A DNA stretch of 48,229 nt. It comes from Fidelibacterota bacterium. Its GTDB lineage: Bacteria > Fidelibacterota > Marinisomatia > Marinisomatales > Marinisomataceae. Under the pieces are notes generated by a model that saw nothing but the letters and a program-made list of their open reading frames with translations, was not told the DNA's origin and made no database searches. Location of the stretch: the NCBI GenBank assembly GCA_014240005.1, contig JAAZXT010000006.1, forward strand, positions 1 to 48,229, given 5' to 3'. A program made the position numbers and the translations under genes. Within the stretch, counting starts at the first letter, position 1; each line of letters begins with the position of its first letter. Shown piece by piece: positions 27,976-37,907 of this stretch.

Positions 27976-27998
27976 AATATTAATTCTCCATCAAATTT

Positions 27999-29756
27999 TT
28001 ATTTCACAAATAAGGTTAATTTTTGACCAGGATAAATTCTGGAAGAATTTTTTTTCATATTATTCCATTCCTTAATCTTACTCACCTGTAAATTATGCTT
28101 ATCGGCTATCCCACTTAAGGTGTCACCAGACTTGACAATATAAACATTTTTACTCGGAGTGTCCTTATCTGGTTTCTTATTTACAAATAATGATAATTTT
28201 TGATTAGGATATATACTAGAAGTATTGCCCATATTATTCCATTTTCTAATTTCAGCTGCTCTGGTATTATACTTTTCTGCAATATGACCTAAAGTATCTC
28301 CACTTTTTACCTTATATATAATTTTTTCTGGATAATTTGAATATACGCCACCTTTGACTGGAATTTTTAAACGCTGACCAATAGATAATTTATTGATATT
28401 GCTAATATTATTAATAGTCTGTAAATCTGCAACAGATACACGATATTTAGAAGCAATAGATATGAAATTTTCTCCTTTTCTGACACGATGTTCTACTTTT
28501 TGAATAGCAAATTTCTGTTCATCTGGTAAGGCATTAAACTTCTTATAAAAACTATCTTTTTTTCCATATGGTATATTCAACGTATATGACCCATTAGATG
28601 GTGTTGCCGGCTGTCTTAATTCGGGATTGAGGCGTTGAATCGTGCTACGCTTTGTATCAGCAGCCTTTGCAATAACAGTTAAGTCTGCACTTTTTTCAAT
28701 AGTTACCTTATCATATCTCAATGGATTTGATTTTGGCATCTTAAACCCATATTTTTGAGGATCTCTTAAAATAATTGCAGATGATAGAAAGTATGGTATA
28801 TAGTTTTTAGTATCTTTTGGTAAAGAATATAACTGCCAATAATCAGATGTTTCGTGAAGTTTTAATGCACGATTTAATCTTCCTGGCCCTGTATTGTAAG
28901 CAGCTAATACTAAATACCAATCATCAAATTCTTTATATAGATCTTTGAAATATTTAGCTGCTGCTTCTGTAGATTTTATAGGATCTTGACGCTCATCAAT
29001 ATACCAATTTCTTTCTAATCCATATTGTTTACCTGTGGAATACATAAATTGCCACAATCCTACCGCTTTAGCTCTTGATACTGCTTTTGGATCAAGGCCA
29101 GATTCAATCATAGAAACAACAAGCAATTCTTCGGGAAGATCATTTTCTTCTAAAATTGGTAACATCAAATCTCTGTACTGAGTATATCTTCTAAGCCAAA
29201 TATTGAATCCTTTACGACCTTTACCTTGGAAATATCTAATATAGCTCTCAACTTGTGAATTCATCACAAGAGGTATATGACCCTCACTATCATCAACAAT
29301 GGTAAATTTTGTTGTGCCCATTTCTACTGATTCATTTTCATTCGTTATTGAAGCAATATCTCTACGAATTAAATCTGCGGTCAAAAATTGAGTGGAGCTA
29401 CTTATTGTGCTTAATCGTGTAGTATAAATTAGAATAAAGTCAGATTGAAATTTTTCAAATTCTATCTTATCTAATTCTTCTCTTACTCCTAATTGTTCAA
29501 CATCTGACAGTAAGTCAAAAATTCTTTTAATGTTATAGACAACCTCTACGGTATCTTGATTCACATCTGCAATTACAGCATCCGATAAAAACTGTTTTGC
29601 TTCACCTAGAATAGATGAAATTCGATTACCATTTCCTAAAAATGCTGCATCGCTAGTATTCATAAATGGTTTTCTTGGTTTTTGATTAGCAGAATCTTGA
29701 GCCAAGATGTGACTTGTCAACAATACTAACACTATATATGATATAAGTAATCTCAT
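27999..29756 (-). CDS. MltD-like lytic transglycosylase with three C-terminal LysM domains
   Basis: Signal peptide, SLT catalytic block MIESGLDPKAVSRAKAVGLWQFM, AYNTGPG, and three repeats of the form Y.VK.GDTL..IA.K. Confidence 0.8.
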   Translation of the reverse strand: MRLLISYIVLVLLTSHILAQDSANQKPRKPFMNTSDAAFLGNGNRISSILGEAKQFLSDAVIADVNQDTVEVVYNIKRIFDLLSDVEQLGVREELDKIEFEKFQSDFILIYTTRLSTISSSTQFLTADLIRRDIASITNENESVEMGTTKFTIVDDSEGHIPLVMNSQVESYIRYFQGKGRKGFNIWLRRYTQYRDLMLPILEENDLPEELLVVSMIESGLDPKAVSRAKAVGLWQFMYSTGKQYGLERNWYIDERQDPIKSTEAAAKYFKDLYKEFDDWYLVLAAYNTGPGRLNRALKLHETSDYWQLYSLPKDTKNYIPYFLSSAIILRDPQKYGFKMPKSNPLRYDKVTIEKSADLTVIAKAADTKRSTIQRLNPELRQPATPSNGSYTLNIPYGKKDSFYKKFNALPDEQKFAIQKVEHRVRKGENFISIASKYRVSVADLQTINNISNINKLSIGQRLKIPVKGGVYSNYPEKIIYKVKSGDTLGHIAEKYNTRAAEIRKWNNMGNTSSIYPNQKLSLFVNKKPDKDTPSKNVYIVKSGDTLSGIADKHNLQVSKIKEWNNMKKNSSRIYPGQKLTLFVK

Positions 29757-29795
29757 ATGGATGGGAAATTATCTGTAAAGTAAGTTAGAATCAAG

Positions 29796-30269
29796 TTAGG
29801 GTTTTTTTATTTTATCGATATAATTAGTTGAGCTATACCCATCATGAAATTTTAATAATGTTACTTCTCCGCCAGCATCAATTACTTGATTTGATCCCAC
29901 TACAGTATCTATTGTATAATCTCCACCCTTAACTAAAACATCTGGCATAATCATTTTAATCAATTCTAGTGGAGTTTGTTCCTCAAAACTAACAACATAG
30001 TCTACCGACTTTAATTCTGATAATATCAAAGCTCTATCGGATAAAGAGTTAATTGGTCTTGATGGACCTTTGAGTTTTTTTACTGATTTATCAGAATTAA
30101 TACCAATAATCAATATATCTCCTAAAGATTTTGCTTCTGCTAAATATCTGATGTGCCCTACATGCAAAATATCAAAACACCCATTTGTAAATACAATTTT
30201 TTTACTATTGTGCTTATGAGCTTGAATAGCGTCTATACTATACTCTAATTGATATTGATTATTATCCAC
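29796..30269 (-). CDS. D-glycero-beta-D-manno-heptose-1-phosphate adenylyltransferase (stand-alone RfaE domain II-type cytidylyltransferase fold)
   Basis: VFTNGCFDILHVGHIRYL (HxGH) and the 157-aa size. GTG start at 30267-30269. Confidence 0.7.
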   Translation of the reverse strand: MDNNQYQLEYSIDAIQAHKHNSKKIVFTNGCFDILHVGHIRYLAEAKSLGDILIIGINSDKSVKKLKGPSRPINSLSDRALILSELKSVDYVVSFEEQTPLELIKMIMPDVLVKGGDYTIDTVVGSNQVIDAGGEVTLLKFHDGYSSTNYIDKIKKP

Positions 30270-30963
30270 TTCTTAATTTAGTAATTTGATCTTTAATACT
30301 CATCGTAATCTTATTACGATCTTCATAAGAGCTATTCTTTGTATCAATAGGATCACCAAAAATAATAGTTATTATATTTGAGTTCTTTGCAAATAAACCT
30401 CTATTCCACCAACTATATGATCCAACAATAGCAACGGGAATAATTGGCATTCCTGTATCAATTCCAAATATTGCAGCTCCTTTTTTAAAATCTTGCAAAT
30501 TTCCATCTTTTGATCGTGATCCTTCTGGAAAGATAGCAACTGAACGAGGATATTTTTCCATATCTAATCTTAAATTTTCTAATGACTTAATAGCTTCTTT
30601 GTTGTTCCTGCGATCAACTAGAACAAATCCTGCTGTCTTAATAATAGTATTAAATATGGGAATTCTATCTAACTCTTTTTTACCAACAAAAACTAGATAT
30701 TGATTTACTGCTACTAACAGAACTTGAAAATCAATTACTGAAGAATGGTTAGGTGCAAAAATGTATTGCTTATTATTATCAAAATTTTCTTTACCAATAA
30801 CTCTCAGCTTAATACCAAATAGTCTTCCTAGTGTCTTTCCCCAATTAATTCCATAATATTTGAAATTGCTTTTCTTTTTTGAGAGTAATATTGAGAACAT
30901 TGATGTTGTACCAAAAAAAAATGTCCAAAAAAGAAGGTTTATATAAACCCAAATTTTTTTCAA
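30262..30963 (-). CDS. plsC: 1-acyl-sn-glycerol-3-phosphate acyltransferase
   Basis: HX4D motif NHSSVIDF and the FPEGSRS block, with an N-terminal TM. The TTG start at 30961-30963 follows the serS stop directly. Confidence 0.8.
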   Translation of the reverse strand: MKKIWVYINLLFWTFFFGTTSMFSILLSKKKSNFKYYGINWGKTLGRLFGIKLRVIGKENFDNNKQYIFAPNHSSVIDFQVLLVAVNQYLVFVGKKELDRIPIFNTIIKTAGFVLVDRRNNKEAIKSLENLRLDMEKYPRSVAIFPEGSRSKDGNLQDFKKGAAIFGIDTGMPIIPVAIVGSYSWWNRGLFAKNSNIITIIFGDPIDTKNSSYEDRNKITMSIKDQITKLRSG

Positions 30964-32229
30964 CTATTTAATCTCCGATAGGCCCATATAAGGCTGCAGA
31001 GCTATAGGAATTGTAATTGAACCGTCTTTATTTTGATGTGTTTCCAATAGTGCAGCAAAAATTCTTGGAGTTGCAAGGCCCGAACCATTCAATGTATGTA
31101 AATAATCAACCTTACCATTATCGTCTCTGAATCTAATATTACCTCTTCTAGATTGAAAATCTTCAAAGTTGCTGCAAGAAGATACTTCTAACCACTGTTC
31201 TTCGCCTGGTGCCCAAACTTCTAAATCATAACATTTTGCGGCAGCAAAACTTAAGTCCCCACTACATAATTCTATAATTCTATAATCTAGCTCTAACAAA
31301 TCTAATATCTTAGTCGCCTGCTTTGCTAACGACTCTAATTCATCGTACGAAGATGTTGGATGTACAAATTTTACTAATTCAACTTTATTAAATTGATGCA
31401 CTCTTAGCAATCCCTTAGTATCCTTACCATAAGAGCCAGCTTCTCTTCTAAAACATGCAGAATTAGCTAAATAGTATTTTGGTAAATCAGATACTTCTAA
31501 AATGTCATCTTGATGAATATTGGTCAATGGAACTTCTGCAGTTGGAATTAAATATAATTTATCTTTTTCAGTATGATACATATCTTCATAGAATTTTGGT
31601 AATTGGCCTGTCGTTATAGCAGATTTTTCCTTTACTAAAAATGGAGTAAAAAATTCTGTATAATTATAATTTTTTAAATGAAAGTCTATCATAAAATTAA
31701 TCAATGCTCTCTCAAGCAATGCTCCATTTCCCTTATAAAGAGGAAATCCTGCACCAGAAATCTTCGCTCCTGCCTCAAAATCGATTAAATCAAGATTCTG
31801 AGCAATATCAATATGGCTCTTGGGCCTAAAATTAATCTTCTTCTTTTTACTACAGTCTTTCTTTATAACATTTTCTTTTTCTGATGCTCCAATTGGGACT
31901 GAATCATGAGGAATATTTGGAATTTCCAGTAACATATCTTTTAAAATTTTAGACTTAGTTCGATGCTCGTCTTCAAGATCTTTAATAGTATTTGATAATT
32001 TTTTTAACTTTGCAAAAACAGACTCATCTGATTTGCCTTGAGACTTTAAAATACCAATTTCCTTCGATTTCTGATTTTGCTCTGATTGTAAATCATTAAG
32101 TTTTTTTGTCAATTCTCTTAGATTGATATCAGCCTCTACAATACTATCTAAACTTATGGATTTATCTTTTTTTCTTAGACTCTCTTGGATTAAAGATTGT
32201 TGCTCTCTTATATTTTTTATATCAATCAT
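30964..32229 (-). CDS. serS: Serine--tRNA ligase
   Basis: N-terminal coiled-coil arm and class II motifs FRREAGS, RVHQFNKVE and NGSGLATPR. Confidence 0.95.
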   Translation of the reverse strand: MIDIKNIREQQSLIQESLRKKDKSISLDSIVEADINLRELTKKLNDLQSEQNQKSKEIGILKSQGKSDESVFAKLKKLSNTIKDLEDEHRTKSKILKDMLLEIPNIPHDSVPIGASEKENVIKKDCSKKKKINFRPKSHIDIAQNLDLIDFEAGAKISGAGFPLYKGNGALLERALINFMIDFHLKNYNYTEFFTPFLVKEKSAITTGQLPKFYEDMYHTEKDKLYLIPTAEVPLTNIHQDDILEVSDLPKYYLANSACFRREAGSYGKDTKGLLRVHQFNKVELVKFVHPTSSYDELESLAKQATKILDLLELDYRIIELCSGDLSFAAAKCYDLEVWAPGEEQWLEVSSCSNFEDFQSRRGNIRFRDDNGKVDYLHTLNGSGLATPRIFAALLETHQNKDGSITIPIALQPYMGLSEIK

Positions 32230-32232
32230 ATA

Positions 32233-33468
32233 TTATAATTTAATTAATTCTTCTAAGATATTAACATTAATCATTTGTATGACAAGATTTTCTTTATCCA
32301 TAATCTTAATTTCATATTGTCCTGCATCTGAAATTTTTAACTTATTAAAATAATAATCTGATATAGGATTTAAATATAATTTTTCTTTTTTGATATATGT
32401 TCCATCTTTATAAATATGTGCAATAAAATTTCTCTTCTTTGTATCAATGTGATTTGAAAAACCATATATAAATACCGGTTCATTGATGTAATAATTTTTA
32501 TTACCTACAAAGAAGGTATAGTTTAAATCTTTCTTTTTAGAAACCCAGTCTATTGCTTCTTCAAAATATGTATCATCTCCATTTAATACGTGCTTATAAA
32601 AAAATTCATCATTTATTAATACTGATTTAAAATGATTTTTAGAAAAAAATTTCTTTTTTGAAATATTATTTAGTTCATTTTCGTTTGAAAAATTTACTCC
32701 GAATAAAGGACCTATTTTCATAAATGAACTGAGATCCTGCTGAGAACCTTTGAACATTATCAGCGAAGTATTTTCTGAGTAAATCTTTTTGATAAAAAGA
32801 TTGAACCATCGATCTGAAATAGGCATTTCAGGAAAATTATCAAGAATAACTATGTCATATTTTTTAAACCAAAAATCCTCAAAATTGTGTGTATAGGTAT
32901 CAAATTGAGGAAAAAAATGATCAAAACTATTGTCTATTTTACTGATAATAGCTCTAGAATTGTAATTAAGAGTACCGCTAATAAGCGCAATATTCAGCTT
33001 CTCAGTCTTCAAACCTGTAGTGAAAGTATGTCTATTGTTAGATATATTATTCTCTAATTTTAGACTAGAAAGCTTTACGTCAAATACATTATTAAAATCA
33101 ATATTATCTTTAACAAGAAATGATTGAAAATAAGTATGTTTATTACTGTATAACTTAATCTTATCTGATGCTATTAATTTTCCACCATTAGATAGTGTAA
33201 TCTGTGTTAATTCATCACCATTTTGATTATTAATTTCAATATCAATGTAGATAGATTTCTTATCGAAGCGATTTGGATATACAATAACATTCTTTATAGC
33301 TATGTCTACTGTATCTTCTGAAATTTTTGATTCAATACTTTGTGGAATTATAGTATCTGAAATAATATCAGTCTCATCAGCAAAAAAGAAAAGGGAGTTT
33401 ATATAAATTGCTCCACCTATAGCCGTAAAAATAGATATCCAGAATAAAAGATATTTATTTTTCATCAT
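32233..33468 (-). CDS. Hypothetical membrane-anchored protein (411 aa)
   Basis: Long ORF with an N-terminal TM (LLFWISIFTAIGGAIYI) and an Asn/Lys-rich body with no motif I recognise. Coupled to tsaD (TAATG) and 3 nt from serS. Confidence 0.5.
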   Translation of the reverse strand: MMKNKYLLFWISIFTAIGGAIYINSLFFFADETDIISDTIIPQSIESKISEDTVDIAIKNVIVYPNRFDKKSIYIDIEINNQNGDELTQITLSNGGKLIASDKIKLYSNKHTYFQSFLVKDNIDFNNVFDVKLSSLKLENNISNNRHTFTTGLKTEKLNIALISGTLNYNSRAIISKIDNSFDHFFPQFDTYTHNFEDFWFKKYDIVILDNFPEMPISDRWFNLFIKKIYSENTSLIMFKGSQQDLSSFMKIGPLFGVNFSNENELNNISKKKFFSKNHFKSVLINDEFFYKHVLNGDDTYFEEAIDWVSKKKDLNYTFFVGNKNYYINEPVFIYGFSNHIDTKKRNFIAHIYKDGTYIKKEKLYLNPISDYYFNKLKISDAGQYEIKIMDKENLVIQMINVNILEELIKL

Positions 33469-34442
33469 TAAACAACCATACCTCTAGAGTAAGCAGAAAA
33501 ATTAATCCCAATTTTAGCTGAATTATTATTTATCTTTTTTTCTCCTAAAAATGCTATCATATCTGCATTATCTGTACAATACTTTAATGATGGAAAGATA
33601 ATAGTTTTATCTAACTCATTTAATTTTTCTCTTAGTCGTTGATTTGCAGCAACTCCACCACATACTATCCCAGTATTAATATTTAAATCGTTCATAGAAT
33701 TCTTCAATTTTCCTACCAAACAATCAACAATAGCTTCTTGATAACTTGCAGCAACATCGCTTAAATTATATTCGTTCTTATTAACACAATTAATTAAAGA
33801 TGTTTTAAGTCCACTAAAACTAAAATTGTAAGTACCATCGTTAATAATTGGACGTGGAAAATCTATCAATTCTTTATTCCCTTTTTTGGCTAACTTTTCT
33901 ATTTCCGGCCCGCCTGGATAATTTAATCCTAACGTTTTGGCTCCTTTATCGAAAGCCTCTCCACAAGCATCGTCTAACGTTTCACCCAGTAAGGTATATT
34001 CAAATAAATCTTTAACAAGCCATAGTTGTGTATGGCCACCGGAAACAAGCAAATTAATAAAAGGAGGATCTAATGCTTCAAATTCAATAAATGCTGAATT
34101 CAAATGTGCCTCTAAATGGTTAATAGGTATAATAGGGATACCTAAACCTTGAGACATACCTTTAGCAAAAGAAATACCAGATAATAGTGAACCCATTAAC
34201 CCTGGCCCACTTGTTACTGCAATTGCTTCTAAATCAGAATATTTCAACTTAGAATCTTTGAGAACTTTATCTGTAATTTCAGGTAAAAATTTTTCATGTT
34301 CTCTTGATGCAATTTCGGGTACTACCCCACCAAATTTTGTGTGGATTGATTGTGTTTTTGTGTAACTAGAAATGATTTTTGAATTATCGCATATAGCTAC
34401 ACCAGTTTCATCGCAAGATGTCTCTATTCCTAAGATAATCAA
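33468..34442 (-). CDS. tsaD: tRNA N6-adenosine threonylcarbamoyltransferase
   Basis: ILGIETSCDET, HLEAH-type block (NHLEAHL) and GGVAAN. TTG start at 34440-34442 overlaps the upstream stop (TTGA). Confidence 0.9.
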   Translation of the reverse strand: MIILGIETSCDETGVAICDNSKIISSYTKTQSIHTKFGGVVPEIASREHEKFLPEITDKVLKDSKLKYSDLEAIAVTSGPGLMGSLLSGISFAKGMSQGLGIPIIPINHLEAHLNSAFIEFEALDPPFINLLVSGGHTQLWLVKDLFEYTLLGETLDDACGEAFDKGAKTLGLNYPGGPEIEKLAKKGNKELIDFPRPIINDGTYNFSFSGLKTSLINCVNKNEYNLSDVAASYQEAIVDCLVGKLKNSMNDLNINTGIVCGGVAANQRLREKLNELDKTIIFPSLKYCTDNADMIAFLGEKKINNNSAKIGINFSAYSRGMVV

Positions 34443-35401
34443 TTGATTTCTTTTATAACTAAAATTTCTAAATTATTTGGAGATAAATCTTTCCATTCCA
34501 TAAGAGCACCAGGGATCCTAACCTCTGGTGAATAAAATTGTTTATCTGGAGTCCAATACTTTTCAAAATTAATTAAAACTTCTATATCTGTAGATACAAT
34601 ACTAGCAATTTGATTTAACCCTCCAACAATAGTGAGTGAAACTGTAGCAGGGTTAACAAATACATTTACATCGTTAGGCTTATTAATCAATTTTACAGGT
34701 ATTCCTGTTACAATTGTTTCACTAATAGGCTGAATATCAATAAATCCTTGAACTTTCTTTGGATCAAAATCAACTAATTTATCTGGATTTATGATTAATA
34801 ATTCTCCATCTACTGATGTTATTAAATTTGACATAGTATCTTTTTCAGTGTTGACAAATGTAATATTATCTACAATTTCTTGAGGTCCACCAATACTAAT
34901 AGAGTCTGGTAAAAAACTTACATCTCCAACTTGTATATACCCTGGATTAGTTGAAATCAATATTTGTGATTTGATTGGTACTTTCTTCACCAAATACTGA
35001 TCTAAGTTAATTTTTATATTTCTAGGAGATATAACTTCAACAAATTCTAAATCTAACGAAGATGGTAAAACTATTTTTTCTGGATTATTTTTATAATATT
35101 GATCGAGTTCAAAATTATATTCGTCTGCAATACTACTTAAATCTAGAACAGCTTTGTAATCTTCATAAAAATTATCAAAGAATCTGAGCCAAATAAATGC
35201 TCTACCTGAACCTTTCAGAGTAACAATAATACTTTCAGGAACTTCTTCTTTGTAGGTCTTTTGCTCTTGAAGATTACGTGCAACTAAAGGAATTTTTGTT
35301 GTAACAGAATAAATATCTTCACTCTTAATAAAAAACCAAAAAATAAATGCGATAACAAAAGAATATAGAAGTCTTTTGATCTGGTTAGTGTTAGTCGACA
35401 T
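34439..35401 (-). CDS. YbbR-like repeat protein (membrane-anchored)
   Basis: N-terminal TM followed by about 80-aa repeats with the pattern V.V.L.G (IIVTLKGSG, VSLTIVGG). The track start 35413 is TTG; ATG 35399-35401 is preferred. Confidence 0.5.
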   Translation of the reverse strand: MSTNTNQIKRLLYSFVIAFIFWFFIKSEDIYSVTTKIPLVARNLQEQKTYKEEVPESIIVTLKGSGRAFIWLRFFDNFYEDYKAVLDLSSIADEYNFELDQYYKNNPEKIVLPSSLDLEFVEVISPRNIKINLDQYLVKKVPIKSQILISTNPGYIQVGDVSFLPDSISIGGPQEIVDNITFVNTEKDTMSNLITSVDGELLIINPDKLVDFDPKKVQGFIDIQPISETIVTGIPVKLINKPNDVNVFVNPATVSLTIVGGLNQIASIVSTDIEVLINFEKYWTPDKQFYSPEVRIPGALMEWKDLSPNNLEILVIKEIN

Positions 35402-37187
35402 CAGGCTGATCAAGCATTAAGATGACATTCTTATCTTTTTCTTTAACCTCAACAACTAATAAATCGACAGTGCCACCTGGTTCAATGGAAGGTAAATAAT
35501 CTTTCTTTAATTCTTTTGAAATTTTGTCTGAAGGAACAAGACCTACAATATCATCTCCCATATCAACTACAACTCCAGTATCATTTATAGCTGAAACAGT
35601 TCCTTTAAGTTTGTCACCTGCAGAATATTTTTCTGCTATATCAGACCATGGATTTTCTGCTAGATGATCTTTCATACTTAATAAGATCTTTCTATCCTTA
35701 TCTGATATGTCTACAACAACAAACTTGATTTTATCACCTTCATTAACAAATTCTTTTGGGTGTATCGGATTCTTTGTCCAATGAAAATCTGTATTTCTTA
35801 TAAAGCCTTCAATGTCTTTTCCTAAATCTACATATGCTCCAAATTTTGTGACTTTATTAACTGCGCCTTCTTTTTTGTCGCCTATACTTACTTGAGAAGA
35901 TATATCATTCCATGGATCTTGAGTCAATTGCTTAATACCTAAACTAATTTTTTGCTCATTAGCATCAATAAATAAGATTTTTGACTCTAAAGAATCGCCA
36001 ACTTTGTATTGATCTGGAAGATTTTGAATATTTTTTGTCCATGATATTTCAGAGATATGAATTAAACCTTCAATACCTTTCTCTAGTTCAATAAAAATAC
36101 CGTAATTCATGATACTAACAATCTTACCTGTCATAATATCTCCAATACTGTACTTATCTGGTATTGTTTTCCAAGGATTCTCTACTAACTGCTTTAGTCC
36201 TAAGGATATTCTTGATGTCTCTTGATTGTAATCAATAATTTGAACTGTGATTTCATCTCCTATTGATACAATTTCAGATGGATGGTTAATTCTACCCCAA
36301 GAGAAATCAGTGATATGTATCAATCCATCAACACCACCTAAATCAACAAATGCACCAAAATCCGTTATGTTCTTTACCAGACCCTGTAACTGTGCACCTA
36401 CTTCAATCTTTGTCATTAATTCTTGTCGTTTCTCATTTAGCGATTCTTCTAATATTGCTTTTCTAGATACCACAAGATTCTTTCTTAACTCATCTACTTT
36501 TACAATTTGAAAATCAAATTCCTTATTAATCAAATCATCAAAGTTTTTTATCGGTTGAACATCCGCTTGAGATCCTGGTAAGAAAGCTTGTATAACTCCT
36601 AAGTCTACTACAAGGCCTCCCTTAACACGTTTAATAATTTTTCCTTGTACAGGTTCAGCTTTTTCACAAAAATCTTTTAGCTCATCCCATCTCTTAATAA
36701 AATCTGCTTTATATTTTGATAAAGTAATGTTTCCATCTGTATCTTCAAATTTTTCAAGAAATATATCAATATTAGAACCAATCTCAGGTAAGTCTTTGTT
36801 ACTAAATTCTGATCTACTAATTAGGCCTTCTGATTTAAAACCAATATCTACCATAACGTCATTATCGCTGATACCAATTACTTTTGCTGATATAATTTGA
36901 TTCTCTGATATATCATTAAATGTACTTTGATATTCTTCTAAAATATCATCAGTCAATTTTTCAACTTCCACTTGATCTTCTTTTCCAGAAATTACTTTAA
37001 TGCCTGCAAATAAATCTTTGCTTAAATAATCTTTAATTGTTTTTTTAGAAGATACTTCTTCTAAAACAGGTTTATCTTCTGAAACTTGTTCAATAGTTTG
37101 TTTCTCTACTGGTGCTTCTACTACTGCTTCTACTACTGCTTCTTCTACTACTTCGTTATTTATGTCTTGTTTAGGTTGATCATTCAT
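35391..37187 (-). CDS. rpsA: 30S ribosomal protein S1
   Basis: Six S1 OB repeats (G..V.G.V..I...G.FV.L) following an acidic N-terminal extension. Lies downstream of cmk, as in many bacteria. Confidence 0.95.
   Translation of the reverse strand: MNDQPKQDINNEVVEEAVVEAVVEAPVEKQTIEQVSEDKPVLEEVSSKKTIKDYLSKDLFAGIKVISGKEDQVEVEKLTDDILEEYQSTFNDISENQIISAKVIGISDNDVMVDIGFKSEGLISRSEFSNKDLPEIGSNIDIFLEKFEDTDGNITLSKYKADFIKRWDELKDFCEKAEPVQGKIIKRVKGGLVVDLGVIQAFLPGSQADVQPIKNFDDLINKEFDFQIVKVDELRKNLVVSRKAILEESLNEKRQELMTKIEVGAQLQGLVKNITDFGAFVDLGGVDGLIHITDFSWGRINHPSEIVSIGDEITVQIIDYNQETSRISLGLKQLVENPWKTIPDKYSIGDIMTGKIVSIMNYGIFIELEKGIEGLIHISEISWTKNIQNLPDQYKVGDSLESKILFIDANEQKISLGIKQLTQDPWNDISSQVSIGDKKEGAVNKVTKFGAYVDLGKDIEGFIRNTDFHWTKNPIHPKEFVNEGDKIKFVVVDISDKDRKILLSMKDHLAENPWSDIAEKYSAGDKLKGTVSAINDTGVVVDMGDDIVGLVPSDKISKELKKDYLPSIEPGGTVDLLVVEVKEKDKNVILMLDQPDVD
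37114..37152 (-). repeat. In-frame 12-nt tandem repeat (GCTTCTACTACT, about 3 copies) encoding the (VVEA)n tract in the rpsA N-terminal extension
   Basis: Read directly: gcttctactact gcttctactact gcttcttctactact. It encodes EEAVVEAVVEAPVE. Confidence 0.7.
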
Positions 37188-37192
37188 ATTAT

Positions 37193-37852
37193 TTAGTTTC
37201 TCTCAATGTGTTTATAGATTTGATTAACTTGATCATCAAAAGTGCAGTTTGATGTATCAATTACAATTGCATCGCTTGCTTGTTTCAATGGAGAAAGTTT
37301 ACGACTACTGTCATACTGGTCTCTATCTATCAAATCTTGTTTTATTTTGTTAACGTTTAACTCCTCATTTAATCTCTTAAAGTCTTTTAATCTTCTTTCT
37401 GCTCTAGTGTCATAGTCAGCTATCAGAAAAAATTTATACTTTGCTCCCGGATAAAGTACTGTCCCAATATCTCTTCCCTCAATAACAAAGTTACCATTTT
37501 CTGTGATATCTTTCTGTATTTTTACTATTTTTTCTCTTACAGGTTGCAATGCACTAACCTCACTTACTGCATTCGTAATTTCTTTACTACGAATTAGCGA
37601 ACTCACATCTTTATCATCCAATAATATCGTGATGCTATTGTTGGAGGTAAAGTCTATTTCCAAATTTAAAATATCTAACATTTTTCTGACCTGACTTTCA
37701 GAATTGATATCGATAGAATGCTGTCTAAAAAAATAAGTAACAGCTCTATACATAGCTCCAGTATCTAAATACTGATACCCTAGCTTACTCGCTAGGCTCT
37801 TTGCGGTGGTAGTTTTACCAACACCAGCAGCTCCATCAATTGTTATTACCAT
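37193..37852 (-). CDS. cmk: Cytidylate kinase
   Basis: P-loop IDGAAGVGKTT, DTGAMYR and EGRDIGT. The track start 37894 is TTG. ATG 37850-37852 (MVITIDGAAG...) gives the canonical N-terminus. Confidence 0.9.
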   Translation of the reverse strand: MVITIDGAAGVGKTTTAKSLASKLGYQYLDTGAMYRAVTYFFRQHSIDINSESQVRKMLDILNLEIDFTSNNSITILLDDKDVSSLIRSKEITNAVSEVSALQPVREKIVKIQKDITENGNFVIEGRDIGTVLYPGAKYKFFLIADYDTRAERRLKDFKRLNEELNVNKIKQDLIDRDQYDSSRKLSPLKQASDAIVIDTSNCTFDDQVNQIYKHIERN

Positions 37853-37907
37853 AAAAATTCTCAGAAAGTTAGTTTCTCTTTCAATAAATGCCAAGATGTT
37901 TAAAATC

